Source: Macrostomum lignano
Lineage: Eukaryota
Direction of reading: 5' to 3'
DNA: 64,000 bases
Assembly: GCA_002269645.1 (NCBI GenBank)
Contig: NIVC01001183.1
Location: forward strand, 268,206-332,205
The notes beneath the pieces were generated by a model that saw only the letters and a program-made list of their open reading frames with translations, was not told the DNA's origin and did no database searches. Position 1 is the stretch's first letter; each line of letters opens with the position of its first letter. This document shows positions 11,101 through 23,400 of the stretch, in pieces. The position numbers and the translations under genes are program-made.

Positions 11101-14100
11101 CGGGATCGATTCAAAATGCTTTAAGTTGTTCTCAGCCGGAAGCCGGATGACATACTGTTGAACACCCAGGTTGCGCAAATGGTTCAGGTAGATGGTCCAG
11201 TCTCCGGCTAAAATGGGGTAAGTGAAGGTTTTAGCCAATCTAACAAAACGCCTGTTAATAACTTTACTGCATCAGAGCAAAAGTCGCCTACTGGCATCCA
11301 GTCTCCGCCGCTCGCACTCCAAGTTGATCAGCCTGCTGGCCAAATCGAACTTTTCAACGTCGACTAGCTTCTGCAAGGCGATTTCCTGCCGCCTGGAGGG
11401 CAGAAACTTGTAGATGACTTCAATGCTGGCCCGGCTGAGGCTCTCTTGCGGCGCGCTGGCGTCGCAGGACACTTCGTTCAAATGGAACACGACAAATCTG
11501 CAGATGTGAACTTTTGGCGCGCCGCACAAGACGGACTTGGTGTGCGGGGAGATGTACACCGACACGATGCCGCCGTGTCCAATCCAGGTGTGCGAGTCGC
11601 GCTTGGACCGGAGGCAGATGTATTCGGCGTAGCGCAGGCCCTCGATCGATTCTGCTATTCTAAACGCCTCATCTGTTGGGTCAATATCTGATTTGCTGAC
11701 CGCGTGTTCCTCCAGCTTCTCCTTTCTTCTCGGATCGTGATAAACAGAGTCGGAGAAGCGGATCAGTCTGTTCTGGCAGTACTGCTCAGTCAGGCAGAAC
11801 AATCCCAGGTGGCGCTTGTTCTTGTCATCCCAACGCCACAGCAGCTCCGCATCATGAACAACGAACGAATCATCAGCGGCGGCTGCCACGGTCGCAGACT
11901 CCATAGAAACAATTGGAAGCCAGACGTTGGCGTAATGCAGAGTATCCCGATAGGAATTCGAGCTGGCTTCATCAGCGATGCGCTCGAATGACGCCACTGG
12001 CCGCATTCTGTGAGCGGTGCACATGTCAATTGTGTCGCACAGTTCGACCATCTGAATAGTTGGTGTTAGCAGCCCGCTACTCATAACGTTGTAGAACTGC
12101 ACTTTCATTATATCGCCAAGTCGAACTTCTTTGCTGACGTGGCTGCTGCTGTTCATGATTGAGTTTTCCTGCTGGGCGGACTCTGAGCTAACAAAAAAAC
12201 TGCGAGCGACAAGCTCATCTGGAATTTCTACGATCCGATCTGCAGAGCTTTCGCAGTGCTGCCTTACACGATCGTAATTTCCTTGAGAATTCAGCAACTG
12301 CTCTTTTAAGCTTTTGGCACAGTTAAAATCAACAAAATCAAAGTATTGAGTACTTGAAACAACACATTCAGAATTTCTTTCCGGCTTTATTCCATGCTCA
12401 ATAAACGAGTTCCAGCGCTCGGAGCTTGGATGGCAAAAAATCTTTTTCTTCCACTGGAGCCGCATGCATCCATTGCTAAGCACAGGCTTGTCAATCAGGC
12501 TCAGGAAGCGCAGCGGAATGGTTTTGGACAAAGCCGGCAAAAATTCCAGAGATGATCCGGTGAAAAGAAGCTCGTCCTCTGACATCTCCCTAACTACAGA
12601 TAGCAAGCACTGCGGCTTTGTTTTGTTCAGCTCAGCAAACTCAAAACATTGACCGTCTTTTTCGAACCGTTTGCTCCGCTGCATCACACAATTCATGTAT
12701 TCTGCGAGATCTTCAATAGATTCGACTTTGCCTTGAATTTGGGCCTCAAGCTGAGCGCGCAATGCCCGATGAGCAAGAATATCAGGGTAACGGCGGAGTG
12801 GACTGGTGAAATGCACATAGTTTTCTATGTTCAGGTCGTAGTGCAAGCTTGGTAACTTCGGTTGTTGAGCTTGAAACTCGATGTACCTTGCCGGTTGAGA
12901 AATTTTATGCCAGTCTGAAATCGCCAAGAAGAGATAGGGAAACCGAGTCTCTGAGTACAGCATCAGAAGAGCGCTTCTCGGATCTTGAGAGCAAAGCTGT
13001 TGCAAAAGCCGCGAATCATCTTTGAAAATTCGAATATTCTGCCTCGGCACTCTCGCTTCATCATAAATTGCCGATAGGTTCCGGAAATGTCTGCTCAGCT
13101 CGGCCGATTGCACAACAGAAAATTCAAACTTTGAGCGCCACAGGTCGACATCAACGTCACGCGGCGACTGCTGTACCCGATTTACAAATGGCTCAAGGTA
13201 CTTGCTAGAAGCCAGAAACTCGCCAACAGTTCGATTGGCCAAAACCATGAACTCTTCAACCAGGGCGCTTGCCTCAAATTTGTCTCCAATGGCTGATTGC
13301 GCATCTTCCAACTGATCTCGCAGCACAAATGCCGCAGAACCCATTCTGTGAATTCTCAGCTCTTTCGCGATGCTCCATAAATAGCGTATAGCTGCTATGA
13401 GCTCCTGTGATGGAGGGACGTCGAAATCCGCCTCTTTGCCAAGCAGTATGTCATGCACCGCATCCTTGTTCAGACGATGATTGCTGTTAATAAGAGTCAT
13501 TGCGGGAGTTCGTCTTCTCAGATCCCACTCGCCAGTCAGATCCTGTTTGAATTCAAAAATAGTCGATAGACAGCGCCTGTCCTTTCCCTCCACAAGACTA
13601 AGAAGTGACTCAGACAGATCGCTTGGAAACAAATGATTGGGAGTGACACCAGCCTGTTTGGCAATCCTCGGTGGGTAGATAGTCACCACTCTGTTTCTGC
13701 CCAGCTTGTCAAGGTGCGAGTCCTTCTCGATGTAGTAGCTGACGTCGGTGATGTGAACGCCAACAAGGGCTACCCTAGTTTGCTGATTGTACTGGAAGCT
13801 GATGGCATCATCCATATCCTTAGTATCAGGGTTATCAATGGTAATGGTAAAATGACTTCTAAAGTCGCGGCGCTTTGGGTGGTCTGACGTGTCTGTCGCA
13901 ATGGTTCTAATTCTCTCCAGGTCTCGCTTTACTGCTGGCGTCTCAAGCATCTTTCTTGGCAAGGAATGCTTTAACATTAAAACCTCTAGGGTGCTTTTGA
14001 GGCTGTCAACGCGATCGAAAACGTGAACTACTTTACCAGTCGGATAAAACTGATTGACGTTCCAGCCGAGGTAGCAAACCACAAACAGTTTGTCGCAGTT

Positions 14101-15123
14101 GTGCTTCTGAACATGCAAAGGATTTCCATAAGGAGAAAACTCGAACTGAGCTTTGCTTTGAGCATTTTTACTCGCCATGTCAAGGCCCCTCTTGCCCTTT
14201 TTGCCTTTCTGTTGGTCCCTTTTGATTTCGGCACTTTCCACAAGCCTCTTCCGCGGGTTGTACACTGACACGTAGTGCAGATTGGCGTACTTCTCCACAT
14301 CCTCCATGCCCCTCTCATCTCGATTCTGCACACCAGTGGCCCTGCGACTTTGAAAGGGCTGACTGCGCATAACATTTTGCTCATAATATTCTCGGTACCA
14401 AACCCGGGCATGCCTGTTGTCGTAGCCAATCTTTGGAAAGCTGTGGCACAGAGGCCGCATGAAAGAGCCATCGTCATAGATGATCTCGCAAATAAACAGC
14501 TTGTAAACCAGTTTCTCATGCTGTTTGAGCACACCAACAACTCTACCGTGACCTAAACGCGGATTGTCTTCATCTTTATCCAGCACTTCAACGAGAACAG
14601 TGTCTCCCTGACACGCCCGGCCGCAGTTTGTGCGACCCTTCAGCTCCACCTTCTCCAGCTCATCTGTCGCTTCAACGGGCACCGCCCAGCCTTGCTGCGA
14701 GCCCTCCAGTTGCAACTCGCAGACTCGAAAGTTTTTCGGCTTTCGCGCCATGATTTTGCTGATTCTTGACTTTGAGAGCATGGCATACTTTTCCTCATTG
14801 CAATATCGACCTTCGATGACACCTTCAGCCTCGGTAGAATTATACTGGCGATTGGTGATGCGGACAACAATGCGCTCATCCTGGAGGATGCTTGTAACTC
14901 TGGATGTCAGACGAATGCGCAACACATTGTTGATGACGGCCTCAGGGATGGCAACAGGATACGAGCCTTGGTCGAAACGCATCCTGCACAGCCTGTATTC
15001 GGCAACATTATTCAGTTTGCTCCTCCATTTCTCTTCGGAGGACTGCACTGTAGTATCAAATTCGTCATATTCCTGACAGCTGTCAAAAAGCTTCAGTATT
15101 CGGGCCAGCTCCTCGGGCGAACT
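5114..15123 (-). CDS. HELZ2: HELZ2-like protein: RNB (RNase II/R) domain plus UPF1-like SF1 helicase. Exons 15123-11292, 11207-11028, 10769-10144, 9338-8811, 8113-7665 (1-nt frameshift), 6459-6057, 5451-5114; 5' end uncertain
   Basis: RNB motifs TIDNPDTKDMDDAIS and HFTSPLRRYPDILAHR. Walker A GPPG|TGKT spans an intron; also YCGPSNASVD, IIIDEAG, LIGDHKQL, QYRM|HPSLADFP, SQGKSV and NVALTRARRGLIIIG. RVVFLHIAGKE..DEGHEDSRCNERE matches a HELZ2-specific segment. All junctions are GT-AG and phase-consistent. Confidence 0.9.
5488..5945. repeat. Degenerate TG-rich minisatellite (ctgctgtgtgt / ctcatgtgt units) in the last HELZ2 intron
   Basis: Visible tandem low-complexity units; the overlapping ORFs are repetitive. 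Confidence 0.85.
6523..6697. repeat. 24-bp minisatellite, ~7 copies, intronic
   Basis: Unit catgggtcagtgaacctcatattc / catgggtcagtgaacctcagatcc. Confidence 0.95.
7296..7681 (-). repeat. 43-bp minisatellite whose unit contains the exon end and 5' splice site
   Basis: Minus-strand unit gagggaggctgagactgcg|gtgagtctgggactgcttgatgat; ~6 full copies plus degenerate ones. Confidence 0.95.
8141..8210. repeat. (CTAT)n microsatellite, reads GATA on the HELZ2 sense strand
   Basis: Direct reading. Confidence 0.95.
9537..10153 (-). repeat. 47-bp minisatellite, 13 near-identical copies, unit spans the exon/donor junction
   Basis: Plus-strand unit acaagagcattgacccacccgcctcaaacagactggcgctgacctgc, period 47 (9537, 9584, ...). 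Confidence 0.97.
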
Positions 15124-16173
15124 CTACAAAGGAATTTTGATAAAAAGTAGTTTGCTACAAAATGGCATCTTAAACCTTAATAAGTTATGTCAAACTTTTT
15201 GTCAAATTTTCTAATTTAAACTATTTTAATAGGTAAAATGCTTTTTTCCATTATACAAGAGATAATATACATAGAAGTTATAATCAAAAGTTTCTATCCT
15301 ATATTCCATAGTCTCAAATATTTATCATACACAAAATTTTTTGGCCCACAGATTGCTGCTGGAGATCAATGGCTTCTCTATCTGTGCTACATGCAGAGAG
15401 ATAGTAGCTATTAACGAATATTGCCAATGCACTAAGAGATAGACTATTGCATGTGGAAAATAAATTTTGCTATGCAGCTCATATAAATAACTTTTTTGCA
15501 CCCTGATGCAGGCAAAATATTTATTCATAAAATAGCAGTCTCAAAACTATAGGCTATAATATACTTGTACTTACTTATAGTTCTAATTGTATAGATATGC
15601 ATCATTAACTATAGGTAGATAAAATTCTTTAGGTTTTCAATTTTTTAACTCTTACTAAGTACTTAGGAAGTGACTAAAAAGCAAAAAAACTACCATACTT
15701 TAAAACCTCCTGTTTTACATACCTTGGTTGTTAGTCATTGACTCTTAGTCAAAGAATCTCTTAATTTCAAAAAAAATATTAATCTAAAATTCAGTAGGTC
15801 ACTGTATTTATTGAAGTTTGAAGTTTAAATTACAAAGTATAGTTGTCCCCTATTTTAATCATTAGTTAGTTGATGACAAGGTATCATAAGTATTCAACTA
15901 TTAATAAATTATTTGGTTACTTCATTATCCTTCTTTGGCTATCCAGAAAGTTGTGAGAAGATATATATTGTTAATAAATATATTTTAGACCTATAAAAAA
16001 TAGCACTAGTTGATAATGTGATCTTCCCTTGTATTGATTATAATTGTCAACAAGTAATCAAACCTAAAATTTTAAGTAACCAAACAATCTTTACCAAAGC
16101 CTCTTGTCAATTGCAATATAACTTCTTAAAATTTACTGTAATCACTAAATATGGTTGATGATCCCTTTGATCC

Positions 16174-16470
16174 CATACATGCGCAACGTCCAAAATTCGG
16201 TCGGCCGTGCGACTTAGTTTTAACAAAAATGCGACGTAGTTTTTGGCCAAAAATGCGACTTACATGTAAAAAAACCCTAAAGCAAAATTAACGCAACTTT
16301 GGGTAAACGGCGGGAGTAACTATGACTGTCTTATCAGGCAAAAATGCCTCGTCAGCTACTTAGTACTACTGCGTGGGTATTTTTTGGGTGGGCATTTTTG
16401 CGACTTCCTTGGTTGGCTGCCAAATCAGTCGGCCGGATCGGCCGACTCGGCCGACTGTTGCGCATGTATG
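16174..16470. mobile_element. 297-bp non-autonomous TIR element (P- or hAT-like) carrying a 28S rDNA fragment
   Basis: 14-bp perfect TIR catacatgcgcaac (16174-16187) / gttgcgcatgtatg (16457-16470). 8-bp TSD tttgatcc (16166-16173, 16471-16478). Subterminal gtcggccg and aaaaatgc repeats. Confidence 0.88.
16301..16364 (+). other. 64-nt fragment of eukaryotic 28S rDNA (helix 69-71 region; R2/I-PpoI target), not a functional rRNA gene
   Basis: gggtaaacggcgggagtaactatgactgtcttatcaggcaaaaatgcctcgtcagctacttagt aligns without gaps to the recalled conserved GGGTAAACGGCGGGAGTAACTATGACTCTCTTAAGGTAGCCAAATGCCTCGTCATCTAATTAGT. The first 27 nt are identical; 53/64 overall. Confidence 0.92.
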
Positions 16471-16502
16471 TTTGATCCCCAGTGTAAAAAATGGCAAATA
16501 CC

Positions 16503-17421
16503 CTATAGTTTAGAAGACAAGGGTACTTGCTATTTGTTAGCATATATCAGTATACATCCTAGTGTATATGACATAGTAGAAAATTTTAAACTTACATCTA
16601 TGACATACCTACGTACATTTTAGGATCAAATAAAGTGAGTGACTTAATATAGAATATGCTACATGCAACACCATCATTATGGAACAAAGAATAATAAAAA
16701 ACAATTTTAAACCATGCATCCTTAAAAACTTGTTTTTATTTTATTTTTAGCAAATAAAAAATCTATAAAGTACTTCTTTTAAAATTGTTTTTTTTTTCAT
16801 TGAATTTTGTAAAAGTGCATAATTTTTAAGTTTATTATTTTATATAAATAATAAATTCAAAACGAAAAAATGTACAACTTTGGCATACATATATTATAAT
16901 AAAAAACTTTTTAGTCCCAATTTTCTGGAAGGCATATTTTTGCTCTTGCTGACAATCTTGGTGTACACTTGGCATATAGAATTTTCAGGTTCAACATGAA
17001 GTATATACAGTTGGCATACAAGAAATAGCCAAGTTCAAGGCTAATGTAATTGTGTAGTTAAATATCAACCAACATCGAAAGCTCTTTAAAAATAATTGGA
17101 AACTAAAATAGAAAATATTAACGCAATCATAAGAAAACCTTAATTAAAACATAGAATACCAGTTTTTAGCAAAATAAAGCTGTTTTAAAGTTTAAAATTC
17201 TTCAAAATATGGTATATAAACAATTTTAGTCATAACATAATTTTTTTTAATTTTATGTTAGTATAAAATAAAAAAACATGAATTTTCATTCTAGCATGTG
17301 CTTGCAATGATCCAGACTATGGACTAGACTTGGCATACACTAATATACAATCCAAACTATGGCAAGTACCCTTGTTGTATGCCAGGAAATCCTGGAATAC
17401 ATGTTACTTTCTAAACTATAG
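16503..17421. mobile_element. Degenerate inverted-repeat element (possible TA-TSD MITE)
   Basis: ctatagtttagaa + acaagggtacttgc at the left end; reverse complements gcaagtacccttgt and ttctaaactatag at the right end, with a ~35-nt indel between arms. TSD not clean. Confidence 0.45.
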
Positions 17422-19496
17422 TATGTCTATAGCATGTATATAATGATTTCCCATAGTCAAAAAGGTGGCCTTTGCCACAGAAAATTCTAGAGCACACAAG
17501 GGGTCCAAGATGCACTCAGCACATAATCACAGCATATATAAGGGATCCACAATGCTCCTAGTGCACAATCATAGTGCATGGAAGGGGTTCCTGATAACTG
17601 ATATATTAGCACATAATCAAAGCAGAGATTGATATCTCTAGTGCATGCAGCACACAAGTTTTTTGGCAAAAATGTTGTTAAATTGTAATGATTAGTTCAT
17701 CCAACTTTTACTAGATAAAATGATAATTTATAATAATTTATAATGTATGTTCAATTGGGCTTAAGTTATATTGTGATGTTTTAGTGAATTGATATTTCCA
17801 TCAACAGTTTTTTATTAGGATTCATTTAAAATAAAAATTAAATTAAATTAAGCACTATAATCATCGTGTATGTAAAAAATATACCCAATTTCATCATGAT
17901 TGGGACATTCTGTCCATCCAATACTTACATATTGTTCGCAGCGTCTATTATTGGACATATTCAGTGGGTTTTAATTTTAAGGTGCAGTGGAGATTAAAAA
18001 TATGAACACAAGTCTTCAATACTGCAGATAGTGCATTGAAAATTTATCGTCACGTAATGTTACGAGATTCCGCAACTCTCTTTCCTGGTCGTGACTAACG
18101 AAAAAGGTGTGTAAGCAAACGACTTGTCGCGGACGCGGACAAAATAAGTAATCGATTTCAAGGAAATTAAAGAAATTAAAATGGTAAATTTTCGTTTTGC
18201 ATTCATTTTAACTAAATGAAACATAGTATAAATAAGTTCTATATTTACAAAAATTCGTATATTAAAACAAAAAAATGCTACAGTAGCAATTTGTTCATCA
18301 GTGGCCGTTGATTTTTGTTGAATCAGTTAAACCTACGTAAATAATTAGCATATATTAAATTGGTAGATCATATTTTGTGAGACAAATGGAAGTCTAGATA
18401 AAAAATAGCTAGTGAATTAATTTTATTTTGATCAAATTAATTTGGGCTTATGATGAGGACCGAATTCTACAGCCAGTAGAGATATCAGTTTTTTTTCTTT
18501 CCTCTCTTCCTTCTTATCCTGTCTCCCCCATAAATCTTATTCTGAATTCGATCTCATATCCGATCATTTTCATTTGATTCTAACAGCATACTTTTTTTCA
18601 AGTCATAGTTATAACCAGATGTCAAGGTATCAGGCTGTCTGTGGGTCTACAGCCGTTATATGGCCTGGTAGAATCATGTGACTATACTGGCGCTTTCTCA
18701 TTTTTGACACCATATGAATCGCTTTGAGATTTCGACCTATACATGGTAATTGTTGGTGATTGGTCCATATTGGTTCGTGGTTGGGATTTTTATACAAGCG
18801 GTCAATATTTTGATAACTGTGACCCGTCCTGACCGCTATCCCTAAAAATATTTTCGTTTTAATCTTAATCTGCTAGCGGATTATCCAATTACACTCTTAT
18901 CTTCATCCCTTCATAGTCATATTTTCATTGACTTTGGACTTGGCATTGCTGAAACTTGTAGATGCAAATAATTTTAAATCAAAATTGAAATTCAAGACAA
19001 ACAAGCCGTCTGCTATTAGCAAGCCGTGGCCCAATAGTAAACATTTGTGGCCTTTTGCAGACAGCGAGGAAATCAGTTTATTGTTAGTAGGCTGAAGAGG
19101 GAAAACAGGCAAGCTTACACTGCTGGTCAAAGATTCTGAACAAAGAAGAATTCAACTTAAAATATACAGATTTTTTGCGAACTTAAAAATTAAGAGCAGA
19201 CAAGGGCGAACTAAAGCTTTGAGTCGTTTGAGTCAAAGCCTAGCAGAAAATGATTTACTAATCTTCTACCAAAACTTAAACCGAATTCACACACATGAAA
19301 CTGCGCAAAACAGTTCCGATATTAAATAAAGTCCACAGGCATCAGCAGGGCTTGAGTAAAATATTAAATTGAATGAATCACAATGCCTAAGGACAGGCCG
19401 TTGCTTGCCTCCTGCGAACACACGCGGCAAAGTATTTCTGAACGCACCATGCAAAAAACATTTCTTTATTGTATAGCAACGGGAAATTCTTGACGG

Positions 19497-20047
19497 ATAG
19501 CAACCGGATTCCCTTGCAGCATAGTATCCGGGTTCCCTTGCCACATAGTAACGGGGTTCCCTTACCGATAGCAACGGGATTCCCTAGCCACATAGCAACG
19601 AGATTCTCTTGCCACATAGCAACGGGATTCTCTTGCCACATAGTAACGAGGTTCCCTTACCACATAGTAACGGGGTTCCCTTACCTCATAGTAACGGGGT
19701 TCCCTTACCTCATAGCAATGGGGTTCCCTTGCCGAATAGCAACGGGATTCCCTTACCTCATAGTAACGGGGTTCCCTTACCTCATAGCAATGGGGTTCCC
19801 TTGCCGCATAGCAACGGGATTCCCTTACCTCATAGTAACGGGGTTCCCTTACCTCATAGTAACGGGGTTCCCTTACCTCATAGTAACGGGGTTCCCTTAC
19901 CTCATAGTAACGGGGTTGGTTCCCTTGCCGCATAGCAACGGGATTCCCTTACCTCATAGTAACGAGGTTCCATTAACTCATAGCAATGGGGTTCCCTTGC
20001 CGCATAGCAACGGGATTCCCTTACCTCATAGAAACGGGATTTCCTTG
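19497..20047. repeat. 24-bp minisatellite, ~22 copies
   Basis: Unit catagtaacggggttcccttacct. Confidence 0.95.
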
Positions 20048-20438
20048 CCTATATACTTCTTGGATTTTCTGAGTACACAAAGCACTCTAATTCAACCAGT
20101 AAACATGTCGCTATGCGGACATGCCACAATGAGTTGCCTGTGTATTAAAAAAGGGATGGTAAGAGAAGTTAATCGGGGGGATGGAGAACATCGGCTCAGC
20201 TAAAAAGCCCCAGTAACTGAGAATAAAGCCTAGAAATTGAAATGAGCAAAATGAGGGCAGATTGTGCGGTCAGGCCGTCAGCCGCTACAGTAAGAACAGC
20301 ACGCACCATTTTCTAAGAAGTCGCATTCGCTAACAGTGCAGTTTCTGAATTTGTGGTGAAATAGAAAAATTCTGAATAAAATCTGTCCGAGTTCGAACAG
20401 CCAAATAAAAAAACACCCGACATCATCGCCAGCTCGGC

Positions 20439-23400
20439 TCAGTCGCAGTCGTCCTCCACGTAGTCCCGACTGCGCCGGCGACCTCCTCGGCTGGGCCCCT
20501 GCCGGGACTCCGCCGTACTGGAGGAAGAAGAAGCGGAGGCGGCAGCGGCGGCGGCGGCGGCGGAGGCAGCGGCAAGGCGAGTGGCGAGCCCCACAGGCGG
20601 GAGGAAGCCGCCGACGGCGCCTAGCTGTGCGGCCTCGCTGTCAGCCGCGTCCGCATCTTCGCCAGGCGCCGCTTCGTCGTGATCCCCGTCGGTGCCAGAC
20701 GCAGACAGGGGGCTCCGGCAGACCGGGCAGGTGCCGCGCTGAAGGGAGTCAGAAAGGGAGCGCATGGGATGCATAGGGTTGCCACAAGGGATTATTTAAT
20801 GGCTATCGGACCGTCATGCATTTCATATAAGCTGGGTGGCTTCATGAACTGGGTGAGGCACTGGAGTCCCGCTGACAGCACTGGGTGAGGCACTGGAGTC
20901 CCGCTGACAGCACTGGGTGAGGCACTGGAGTCCCGCTGACAGCACTGGGTAAGGCACTGGAGTCCCGCTGACAGCACTGAGTGAGGCACTGGAGTCCCGC
21001 TGACAGCACTGGGTGAGGCACTGGAGTCCCGCTGACAGCACTGAGTGAGGCACTGGAGTCCCGCTGACAGCACTGGGTAAGGCACTGGAGTCCCGCTGAC
21101 AGCACTGGGTAAGGCACTGGAGTCCCGCTGACAGCACTGGGTGAGGCACTGGAGTCCCGCTGACAGCACTGGGTGAGGCACTGGAGTCCCGCTGACAGCA
21201 CTGGGTGAGGCACTGGAGTCCCGCTGACAGCACTGGGTGAGGCACTGGAGTCCCACTGACAGCACTCTGGAGTCCCGCTGAGAGAGATAGCGAAGTCCCA
21301 CTGAGGGAACAAGATGCAGCAAGAAATACCTTCTCCAGCCAGGGCTTGATGCACTGTTGGTGGAAGTGGTGCTGGCACGGCAGAACATCGGCCGAGACGC
21401 CCTGCTTGAACTCGTCGAGACAGACAAAGCACTGAAGGCCATCTTTCACCTGCGATTGAAGAGGAGAGGTGTGGGAGGCGACTTTGTAGGCTGAGACGAG
21501 TTGCTGATTTAGTCTGCTAAAATAGAAGGCGGAATGATAGACTCGGCTGTACTGCTGAGGAGCTTGATTGGGTCAGGAGCAGTGAGCTGAGAATGAGATG
21601 CAATGAACTGAGAATGAGATGCAATGAGTTGAGAATGAGATGCAATGAACTGAGAATGAGATGCAATGAACTTAGAATGAGATGCAATGAGTTCAGAATG
21701 AGATGCAATGAGCTGAGAATGAGATGCAATGAGCTGAGAATGAGATGCAATGAGCTGAGAATGAGATGCAATGAACTGAGAATGAGATGCAATGAGTTGA
21801 GAATGAGATGCAATGAGCTGAGAATGAGATGCAATGAGCTGAGAATGAGATGCAATGAGCTGAGAATGAGATGCAATGAGCTGAGAATGAGATGCAATGA
21901 ACTGAGAATGAGATGCAATGAACTTAGAATGAGATGCAATGAACTGAGAATGAGATGCAATGAGCTGAGAATGAGATGCAATGAGCTGAGAATGAGATGC
22001 AATGAGTTCAGAATGAGATGCAATGAACTGAGAATGAGATGCAATGAGTTCAGAATGAGATGCAATGAGCAGAGAATGAGGTGCAATGAGCTGAGAATGA
22101 GATGCAATGAGTTCAGAATGAGATGCAATGAACTGAGAATGAGATGCAATGAGTTCAGAATGAGATGCAATGAGTTCAGAATGAGATGCAATGAGCAGAG
22201 AATGAGATGCAATGAGCTGAGAATGAGATGCAATGAACTGAGAATGAGATGCAATGAGTTCAGAATGAGATGCAATGAACTGAGAATGAGATGCAATGAG
22301 CTGAGAATGAGATGCAATGAGCTGAGAATGAGATGCAATGAGTTGAGAATGAGATGCAATGAGCAGAGAATGAGATGCAATGAGCTGAGAATGAGATGCA
22401 ATGAGCTGAGAATGAGATGCAATGAACTGAGAATGAGATGCAATGAGTTGAGAATGAGATGCAATGAGCTGAGAATGAGATGCAATGAGCTGAGAATGAG
22501 ATGCAATGAGTTCAGAATGAGATGCAATGAACTGAGAATGAGATGCAATGAGTTCAGAATGAGATGCAATGAGCAGAGAATGAGGTGCAATGAGCTGAGA
22601 ATGAGATGCAATGAGTTCAGAATGAGATGCAATGAACTGAGAATGAGATGCAATGAGTTCAGAATGAGATGCAATGAGTTCAGAATGAGATGCAATGAGC
22701 AGAGAATGAGATGCAATGAGCTGAGAATGAGATGCAATGAGCTGAGAATGAGATGCAATGAGCTGAGAATGAGATGCAATGAGTTGAGAATGAGATGCAA
22801 TGAGCAGAGAATGAGATGCAATGAACTGAGAATGAGATGCAATGAGCTGAGAATGAGATGCAATGAGTTCAGAATGAGATGCAATGAGCAGAGAATGAGA
22901 TGCAATGAGCTGAGAATGAGATGCAATGAGTTCAGAATGAGATGCAATGAACTTAGAATGAGATGCAATGAGTTGAGAATGAGATGCAATGAACTGAGAA
23001 TGAGATGCAATGAACTTAGAATGAGATGCAATGAGTTGAGAATGAGATGCAATGAACTGAGAATGAGATGCAATGAGTTCAGAATGAGATGCAATGAACT
23101 GAGAATGAGATGCAATGAGCTGAGAATGAGATGCAATGAACTTAGAATGAGATGCAATGAACTGAGAATGAGATGCAATGAGTTCAGAATGAGATGCAAT
23201 GAGCTGAGAATGAGATGCAATGAACTGAGAATGAGATGCAATGAGCTGAGAATGAGATGCAATGAACTGAGAATGAGATGCAATGAGTTCAGAATGAGAT
23301 GCAATGAGCAGAGAATGAGGTGCAATGAGCTGAGAATGAGATGCAGTGAGCTGAGAATGAGATGCAGTGAGCTGAGAATGAGATGCAATGAGTTGAGAAT

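Noticed and set aside
16301-16364. Functional rRNA gene or R2/Pokey insertion
   Set aside because: Only 64 nt, no flanking rDNA, no RT or transposase ORF and no TTAA duplication; kept as a captured fragment.
18059-18072. ttacgagattcc resembling downstream 28S sequence
   Set aside because: About 11 nt match, expected by chance.
18440-19130. Short minus-strand ORFs as upstream HELZ2 exons
   Set aside because: No helicase or zinc-finger motifs and no consistent splice chain identified.
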